DNA from: Promethearchaeia archaeon
GTDB lineage: Archaea > Asgardarchaeota > Lokiarchaeia > Sigyniarchaeales > SOKP01
Assembly: GCA_046497275.1 (NCBI GenBank)
Contig: JAWOFX010000170.1
Span: 1-13,466 of the forward strand
Length of the DNA: 13,466 bases
Reading direction: 5' to 3'
Numbering within the stretch: the first letter of the stretch is position 1; every line of letters starts with the position of its first letter. A program made the translations under genes and the position numbers. The notes below the pieces were generated by a model. It made no database searches, had not been told where the DNA came from, and saw only the letters and a program-made list of their open reading frames with translations. Below, piece by piece: positions 7,755-13,466 of this stretch.

Positions 7755-8648
7755 TTAGATTAAATTCGAAATAATCTGTTGAAGCTCTTTATATCGAGAC
7801 CGAAGAGTTACCTCAGTCACACCCACAATATTGGCGATCTCCTTCTGGGATATCTTTTTATTCTTCAGTTTTGATACCAGATAAATTGCTCCCGCACATA
7901 ATCCTTTCGGATCTTTTCCACAAATCGGAAATTTGCTCATAAAACTTCTTAAAATTTTAATGGAATTCTTCTCAACGTCAATAGATAGCCCTAAATCAGC
8001 ACAATATCGTGGAATTAAAGAAGTTGGGTCAATATTCGGTGATTTGAGATGTAACTCTCGAACCAAGATTTTGTAACATTTTTTTACGATATTATCGCTG
8101 ATTGAAGCTTCATCCAAAATCTCTTGTAAAGTAATCGGTACACGCTCCTCTTTACATTGATAATATGCGCATGCTGCAATCATACCATTGATGGATCTTC
8201 CACGCAATAAATTCTTTTTATAGACCCTTTTGTACAACTTTACCGATGCCTTCTTGACGCGTTCGGGAAAATTTAAGTTGCTTCCAATTCTTTTTAGTTC
8301 GGTAATCGCAATCAACATATTACGTTTTTCCCACGATAAATGAGTATTCCATTTTGCTGCTCGCCGGAGGTCTGGATTTTTAATTTTAGATCGATCAATA
8401 ATCGTTGATAAACCAATATCAGGCATTAAAATGGAAATCGGACACCCCGTTCTCTCTTTCCTATCCTTTTCCCTTTTCGTATATGCCCTGATTCCGCTAT
8501 GACCAAGGTCTAGTGAGCGCTCCCCGACAACCAATCCGCATTGCTTGCAGACTGTATCCCCGCTGTCGTCAATTGTAATTGTATTGCCTCCACATTCCGG
8601 ACATAGATTTGTAAGTTCATAACTTGCAATTCTGTGTGTTTCAACCAT
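7755..8648 (-). CDS. tfb: Transcription initiation factor IIB (TFB) paralog
   Basis: Zn ribbon CPECG...CKQCG, ERTG linker, cyclin repeats with GRSINGMIAA and GKDPKGLCAGAIY, and C-terminal HTH SQKEIANIVGVTEVTLRSRYKEL. Confidence 0.96.
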   Translation of the reverse strand: MVETHRIASYELTNLCPECGGNTITIDDSGDTVCKQCGLVVGERSLDLGHSGIRAYTKREKDRKERTGCPISILMPDIGLSTIIDRSKIKNPDLRRAAKWNTHLSWEKRNMLIAITELKRIGSNLNFPERVKKASVKLYKRVYKKNLLRGRSINGMIAACAYYQCKEERVPITLQEILDEASISDNIVKKCYKILVRELHLKSPNIDPTSLIPRYCADLGLSIDVEKNSIKILRSFMSKFPICGKDPKGLCAGAIYLVSKLKNKKISQKEIANIVGVTEVTLRSRYKELQQIISNLI

Positions 8649-8778
8649 TTTTTAGTAAAACCCCTATGTTATTAGAAAAATCGTTCCTGCTTTTTTTATT
8701 CGACAAAAAAATCTTTTTGTGTATTCAAAATTCTTTTTTTATCAAATTTTGCATTATATACAAAATATGTCACTTCCA

Positions 8779-8794
8779 TATTTAAATGTTTTTG
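8779..8794 (-). promoter_or_regulatory. Candidate BRE/TATA promoter for tfb (5'-CAAAAACA-TTTAAATA-3' on the - strand)
   Basis: A TTTAAATA box preceded by an A-rich BRE-like run, about 130 nt upstream of the tfb ATG. The AT-rich background weakens the call. Confidence 0.4.
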
Positions 8795-8868
8795 TGTAAA
8801 AACGGATTTTTGTTCTTGTATGCAGAACGAACAAAAATACTTTTGAATCTATGATACTCTGACGGGTT

Positions 8869-9003
8869 TTAATTAGTATTTGTAAGAGCGATGGGAACAC
8901 CGTCCCATTCACAGCAAGAAATGGATTTTTTCTCTTTCACCTTGTTAAATATCATTCTAAGGAATTTTCTCCCTATTTTGGAAATTGTTATCTTTTTTAT
9001 CAA
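8869..9003 (-). CDS. Possible small protein (44 aa from TTG9003, 28 aa from ATG8955)
   Basis: Hand translation from ATG8955 gives MIFNKVKEKKSISCCEWDGVPIALTNTN. It spans the one GC-richer patch of the divergent intergenic region. Confidence 0.25.
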   Translation of the reverse strand: MIKKITISKIGRKFLRMIFNKVKEKKSISCCEWDGVPIALTNTN

Positions 9004-9129
9004 AAATTCTTAAAAAAAAAACTTCTCACGATTTTTTACCACTAAAAAAAATATTATTCAAAATGGCTTATTTTACAGAGTTTTCGATCTGCATAAATTT
9101 AAATTAAACCTCTATTATTATGCAACCAC

Positions 9130-9164
9130 TATTACCAAGAGAAATTATGATATTTTTGGTAATA
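9130..9164. promoter_or_regulatory. Inverted repeat TATTACCAA-N17-TTGGTAATA, candidate operator
   Basis: Perfect 9-bp arms at 9130-9138 and 9156-9164, about 45 nt upstream of ATG9209 of the first RHH regulator. Confidence 0.4.
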
Positions 9165-9208
9165 ATTTAGTGCATTATTTCTCAAACGCTCTCTTCCTGA
9201 CAAAAAAA

Positions 9209-10132
9209 ATGAGGTTCTACCATATGAAAAAGCGAATTGATGAAACAGTCGAGGAGTACATTGAACGACTAGAGAGTTCACCTAAGGGTGATAAAACCTA
9301 TGAAATGATCATATATGAACATGAAACTGGCAAGTATGCGATTTGGCGGGGGGTAATCACAGAGGGATTTAAAAGATGGCTTCGAGGGGAGAAAATTTAT
9401 GACCGAGATAAGGAACGAATCTCGCTCTATGTATCGGAAAATACAAAAGATGACTGGCAGAATTTTATAGAACAAAATAATATTTCTACTTTATCAAAAT
9501 TAATAAGGGAGAGCGTAAAGAAATTTGTAGCAGATCATAATAATGCAAATGAGAGATTCTCGAAGATCAATCCTGAAACGCTCTCTAAAATCTCGCATGC
9601 ATTAAAAGAGCCTTTGACCACTATTAAGGGATATGCTCAGCTTATCTTAGATAATTACCAAGAAGAGCTTTCCGAACAAATTATTAGTACCATTAAAAAT
9701 ATTTTTGATCAAAGCATTTCATTAGAAAATAAAATCATCAAATTTTTAGATAATATTCAAATTCCTAACCATCAGTATGATATTCTCTTAATTGAAGATA
9801 ATTTAGCAACAATACGCTTGATCACTTCATATTTAGAAAGTAAAGGTTATATTTGTAAAGGAGTGATTAGTGGTAAGAGAGGATTGGAAGAAATTGAGAA
9901 CACATATCCAAAATTAATACTTTTAGATATAATTTTACCTGATATTAATGGCTATGATATTTGTAAGCAAATTAAATCGAAAAAAAAATATAGAGATGTC
10001 CCAGTTTATTTTCTTACCGCGTTGCCGGGTTCAGAAGTCGAGAAGAATATCAAAGATACTCAAGCAGATGGATATATCTTAAAGCCATTTAATTTGAGTG
10101 ACTTTAACAAATTATTTGTTCATTTGGAGTGA
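9209..10132 (+). CDS. Response regulator A: unknown N-terminal module, RHH-like domain, HisKA-like hairpin, receiver domain
   Basis: RHH-like KERISLYVSE-helix-STLSKLIRESV; H-box-like SHALKEPLTTIKGY; complete receiver (IED, LLD253 in track numbering, LTA, LKPF). No HATPase. Possible starts are GTG9170, ATG9209 and ATG9224. Confidence 0.88.
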   Translation: MRFYHMKKRIDETVEEYIERLESSPKGDKTYEMIIYEHETGKYAIWRGVITEGFKRWLRGEKIYDRDKERISLYVSENTKDDWQNFIEQNNISTLSKLIRESVKKFVADHNNANERFSKINPETLSKISHALKEPLTTIKGYAQLILDNYQEELSEQIISTIKNIFDQSISLENKIIKFLDNIQIPNHQYDILLIEDNLATIRLITSYLESKGYICKGVISGKRGLEEIENTYPKLILLDIILPDINGYDICKQIKSKKKYRDVPVYFLTALPGSEVEKNIKDTQADGYILKPFNLSDFNKLFVHLE

Positions 10133-10344
10133 AGAAGCAATAAATTTGATTGATTCCTTTATCTTTTTTATAGGTTTGAATTTAAGAAACATAATTAAAT
10201 GAAATATCCAATTGAATGTATGAGCGAGAGATTAGATTAGCACAAGTATTATTTTATAATGGTAAAAAAACCAATTCATTTTTTAATATTATAAAAAAAA
10301 AAGATAAATTAACGTACATATATTAAAATTGTGTAAAGAATTTT

Positions 10345-11340
10345 ATGCAAGAGTTAAGAAAGGTGAGTAAAATTACCAAGAAAAAAAACGAAGAAAGCGC
10401 AGAGAACAATTCTAAAAAAAAAAAGTCCCATAAAACTTTTACCCAAGAAGAAATCGATCAAATTATTGAAGACCATAAAAATGGAAAAATCTCAGATGAG
10501 ATTAAAAGACTAATGGATCAATATGAGGATGAAATGGGAAAATATGCTGTTTGGAGAGATCAGATTACTGAGGGATTTAAAACATATTTAGAGGGAGGTA
10601 AGATCTATGATAGAGATAAAGAACGTATTTCTCTATATGTTTCAGAAGAAACTAAACAGATATGGCAAGATTTTATCAAAGAAAAGAATTTTAGCACTAT
10701 TTCAAAACTCATAAGAGAAAGTGTAAATAATTATATTGAAGAAAAAACCAAGGGAATAACAAATAATCCTGATTTGGATACCGAGACTATTTCCAACCTT
10801 TCTCATACCTTAAAAGAACCATTGACCACTATAAAAGGATTTAGTCAACTTCTCTTAGAAGAAAGTAAAGATGAATTAAGTATGGAAGTATTATCGAAAA
10901 TAGAGAAAATATTTGAACAAAGCAAACTTCTTGAGACAAAAATTCGCAATATTCTGGATAACATTACAAGAGAAACTTCCCAATATGATATTTTATTGAT
11001 TGAAGACGATCTTTCGACTATAGACTTATTATCAACTTACTTTGAAAGTAAAGGATACTCCTTTAAAGCAGCCATTAATGGTACGAAAGGAAAAGAGGAA
11101 TTACGTCATTCTAAACCGAAACTCATAATTTTAGACATCATTTTACCTGATATAAGTGGGTATGATATATGTAAGATGATTAAATCTGATAAAATCCTCA
11201 AAGACATACCCGTCTATTTATTAACAGCGATTCCCGGGTCAGAAGTTGAGAAAAAAATTGACGAGATTAAAGCAGATGGATATATTTTAAAGCCATTTGA
11301 TTTTTCTGAGTTTGATCAATTGTTTAAATATCTGGAATAA
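10345..11340 (+). CDS. Response regulator B, tandem paralog of A with the same architecture
   Basis: Aligns without gaps to A over 272 aa at about 60% identity (hand count 162/272). Contains SHTLKEPLTTIKGF and receiver motifs IEDD, ILD264, LTA and LKPF. Confidence 0.9.
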   Translation: MQELRKVSKITKKKNEESAENNSKKKKSHKTFTQEEIDQIIEDHKNGKISDEIKRLMDQYEDEMGKYAVWRDQITEGFKTYLEGGKIYDRDKERISLYVSEETKQIWQDFIKEKNFSTISKLIRESVNNYIEEKTKGITNNPDLDTETISNLSHTLKEPLTTIKGFSQLLLEESKDELSMEVLSKIEKIFEQSKLLETKIRNILDNITRETSQYDILLIEDDLSTIDLLSTYFESKGYSFKAAINGTKGKEELRHSKPKLIILDIILPDISGYDICKMIKSDKILKDIPVYLLTAIPGSEVEKKIDEIKADGYILKPFDFSEFDQLFKYLE

Positions 11341-11379
11341 ATTACAATCAAAATATTCCATTATATTTTTCAAAATGAA

Positions 11380-11483
11380 CGGGCCATGTGGGATTCGAAC
11401 CCACGACCTTTCCCCAGTTAACCTTAGATTGGTTAGCTTTCAGGTTAAGAGCCTGCTGCGCTACCTGCCTGCGCTAATGGCCC
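11380..11483 (-). tRNA. tRNA-Lys(CTT) with a non-canonical intron of about 30 nt (best fit 11410-11439, position 43/44)
   Basis: Acceptor stem GGGCCAT/ATGGCCC with G73, D-stem GCGC/GCGC, anticodon loop CT-CTT-AA (anticodon 11447-11449) and T-arm GTGGG-TTCGAAT-CCCAC. The extra hairpin-forming sequence lies 3' of the anticodon stem. CCA is not encoded. Confidence 0.9.
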
Positions 11484-11649
11484 AATATTTAGTTAATTTA
11501 GCTAAGAGTCTTTTTCTAAAATATACATAACAAAATTCATAATTCAATAAGAATTTTTCCAAAAGAATTTGGTGATTATAAGCCTTAGATACAATATGTG
11601 AAGATCTAATTTCATAAATTTATTCTTGTCTTATTAAGAAAATCAAGAG

Positions 11650-11751
11650 CGCAGGTGGAGGGATTCGAACCCCCGAGCGCTTGCGCACACTGGCTAACTT
11701 GGCTGATTCAGCACTCAAGGCCAGCGCCTTACCAGGCTAGACTACACCTGC
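11650..11751 (-). tRNA. tRNA-Ser(TGA) with a canonical 37/38 intron (11696-11713, 18 nt)
   Basis: Acceptor stem GCAGGTG/CACCTGC with G73, anticodon stem CTGGC/GCCAG, long variable arm, and T-arm GGGGG-TTCGAAT-CCCTC. Strict BHB: central helix CTTG/CAAG, bulges AGT and TTA, inner hairpin GCTG-AAT-CAGC. CCA is not encoded. Confidence 0.96.
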
Positions 11752-11962
11752 TTAAAATAGTAGTAGTTTTGACTTTATTTTTTCTTATCTCGTAGATTAA
11801 AAAAATGCATTCTTCTATATTATTTTTATGATTAGTCCTTCTAAAGCTTAATTTATCTTTTTTTGAACTAATAATATTATATTACACTGATAGAGGAACA
11901 AATAAATATATCAAAGTCTACAATTTATTTAATCTACTTAAGATTAGAAAGAGAGAAAAAGT

Positions 11963-13381
11963 ATGAATAATAATGATATTTATTTTATGCCAGCATGGAA
12001 AATGGCAGAACTAATACAAAATCAAGAGCGTACATCACTAGAAATAACCCAAGCAATAATAGAACGGATCAAAAAGATTAATCCCATAATTAATGCGTAT
12101 TGTATTCCAACTTTTGATTCCGCTTTGAAAAAGGCAAAACAAATTGATACTGCCATACGAAATAATCAAAAGGTTGGGAAACTTGCCGGTGTTCCCATCT
12201 CGATTAAAGATGAAATGCGAATAAAAGGTGTGAGAACTACATATGGTTCAAAAATTTATGAAAATAATATTGCCGAAAAAGATGAGATTACTGTTAAACG
12301 TTTAAAGAGAGAAGATGTTGTTATTTTGGGAAAGACTAATATGCCGGAATTCGGGCATCATGGATATACGAGAAATTTAGTATTTGGTGAAACAGTGAAC
12401 CCATGGAATACTGATAAGGCAACTGGGGGATCCTCAGGAGGGGCAGCAGCGGCAGTTTCTAGTGGATTAGGTCCATTAGCTCTCGGAGCAGATGGAGGAG
12501 GATCTATTCGGGCACCTTGCTCTTTTTGTGGATTATTTGGAATAAAGGCCACGCAAGGAAGAGTACCCGTACATCCGGAAAATACCACTCTTGCCGATAC
12601 TTTGCTTGACCAATATGGTCCGCTTGCGAGGAATGTGAAGGATGCGGCTTTAATGCTTGATATTTTAAAGGGCCCATATGATTTTGATAAATTTAGTTTA
12701 CCCGCAAAAGATATAAGTTATTTTGACAAAGTGGATGAGATACCAAGAAATTTAAAAATCGGATATTCGTTAGATTTAGGTTTCGTGAAGGCAATAGATC
12801 CCGAAGTTGAGAAAAATATGCTTAACTCTGTTCATAAATTTGAAGAATTGGATTATAATGTAGACAAAGTAAAAATTAGACTAAGAAAACCCGAATTTGC
12901 GTTCAATATTATCTATACCACATATTTTGCATATGAATTTACCTCTTTTTTAAAAGAATGGAAAGATAAAATGACCCCTTCATTAGTTCGAATGATAGAA
13001 GCAGGGTCATCTTTCAACGCAATAGATTATATGAAAGCTTTAGATATACGGAGTAATATGTATGAGAGAGTTGCTGAACATTTCAAGGAATATGATATTT
13101 TAGTTACTCCCACCACCGCAATTCCTGCATTTAATAAAGGAGAAGAACCTCCTATGGTTATAAATGGAAAGAGTGTCCCACCAACAACTTTTACAGCGTT
13201 TACGTTTCCGTTTAACCTAACAGGACATCCCGCCGCTTCGATTCCTTGCGGTTGGAGCAGTGAAAATACACCTATTGGAATGCAAATCGTTGGAAATCGC
13301 TTTGAGGATCTTAAAGTTTTGCAGGCTGCAAATGCATTTGAAAAAATTGCCCCGTGGCAAGATAAAACTCCTAATTTATGA
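11963..13381 (+). CDS. Amidase-signature family enzyme (Ser-cisSer-Lys triad), substrate unknown
   Basis: Motifs GVPISIKD, GKTNMPEFG, NPWN...GGSSGGAAAAV, GADGGGSIRAP and FNLTGHPAASIP. Confidence 0.93.
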   Translation: MNNNDIYFMPAWKMAELIQNQERTSLEITQAIIERIKKINPIINAYCIPTFDSALKKAKQIDTAIRNNQKVGKLAGVPISIKDEMRIKGVRTTYGSKIYENNIAEKDEITVKRLKREDVVILGKTNMPEFGHHGYTRNLVFGETVNPWNTDKATGGSSGGAAAAVSSGLGPLALGADGGGSIRAPCSFCGLFGIKATQGRVPVHPENTTLADTLLDQYGPLARNVKDAALMLDILKGPYDFDKFSLPAKDISYFDKVDEIPRNLKIGYSLDLGFVKAIDPEVEKNMLNSVHKFEELDYNVDKVKIRLRKPEFAFNIIYTTYFAYEFTSFLKEWKDKMTPSLVRMIEAGSSFNAIDYMKALDIRSNMYERVAEHFKEYDILVTPTTAIPAFNKGEEPPMVINGKSVPPTTFTAFTFPFNLTGHPAASIPCGWSSENTPIGMQIVGNRFEDLKVLQAANAFEKIAPWQDKTPNL

Positions 13382-13466
13382 TTACAAACTTTAAATTCCA
13401 AATTATTTTTTATCCTTTCTTTATTGATCTGAACTCTTTTTTATCTTTTTATTGAAATATCCACAT

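Noticed and set aside
9278-9475. 65-aa minus-strand ORF
   Set aside because: It is antisense to response regulator A.
10414-10424. A11 homopolymer near the 5' end of regulator B as a phase-variation switch
   Set aside because: It encodes a Lys run in frame, and long A/T runs are common throughout this AT-rich window.
11297-11530. 77-aa plus-strand ORF
   Set aside because: It is an artefact of reading through the antisense strand of tRNA-Lys.
11380-11751. tRNA genes as an integration site for an island; also tRNA-Sec or tRNA-Pyl identity
   Set aside because: I saw no duplicated tRNA 3' end, integrase or transposase in the window. The anticodons are TGA (Ser) and CTT (Lys), not TCA (Sec) or CTA (Pyl).
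11963-13381. Naming the amidase gatA
   Set aside because: GatA-specific motifs and gatB/gatC neighbours are absent, so only family-level assignment is supported.
12358-13401. Minus-strand ORFs 12358-12588 and 13027-13401
   Set aside because: Both are antisense shadows of the amidase gene.
13421-13465. Possible C-terminus of a minus-strand gene entering from the right edge (...CGYFNKKIKKSSDQ-stop)
   Set aside because: Only 14 codons are visible, which is too little to support a call. The T-rich stretch could equally be the amidase terminator.
1-13466. CRISPR arrays, rRNA, IS elements, and ubiquitin-like or ThiS partners ending in Gly-Gly
   Set aside because: I found no regularly spaced repeats, rRNA-like segments, transposase motifs or GG-terminated ORFs by eye.

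Overview
Very AT-rich archaeal window. A TFB gene, intron-containing tRNA genes with bulge-helix-bulge (BHB) motifs, and the style of the signalling proteins point to an Asgard archaeon, probably Lokiarchaeia; this is inference and no search was run. From left to right: (1) a + strand cluster with a 56-aa ORF missing from the supplied track (124-294), two different GNAT-fold proteins and a ThiF/E1-like adenylyltransferase without zinc motifs; (2) a stand-alone 7-TM membrane protein and a small hypothetical protein; (3) on the - strand, a soluble multi-PAS/GAF histidine kinase and a TFB paralog with an atypical B-reader; (4) divergently transcribed, two tandem paralogous regulators with the architecture unknown module / ribbon-helix-helix (RHH) / HisKA-like helical hairpin / receiver and no kinase ATPase domain; (5) tRNA-Lys(CTT) with a non-canonical ~30-nt intron and tRNA-Ser(TGA) with a canonical 18-nt intron; (6) an amidase-signature enzyme. 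The best candidates for undescribed biology are the RHH-HisKA-REC regulators beside a kinase and an alternative TFB, and the small-ORF/GNAT/GNAT/ThiF cluster, whose small ORF copies the N-terminal extension of the next enzyme. No CRISPR array, rRNA or mobile element was seen.
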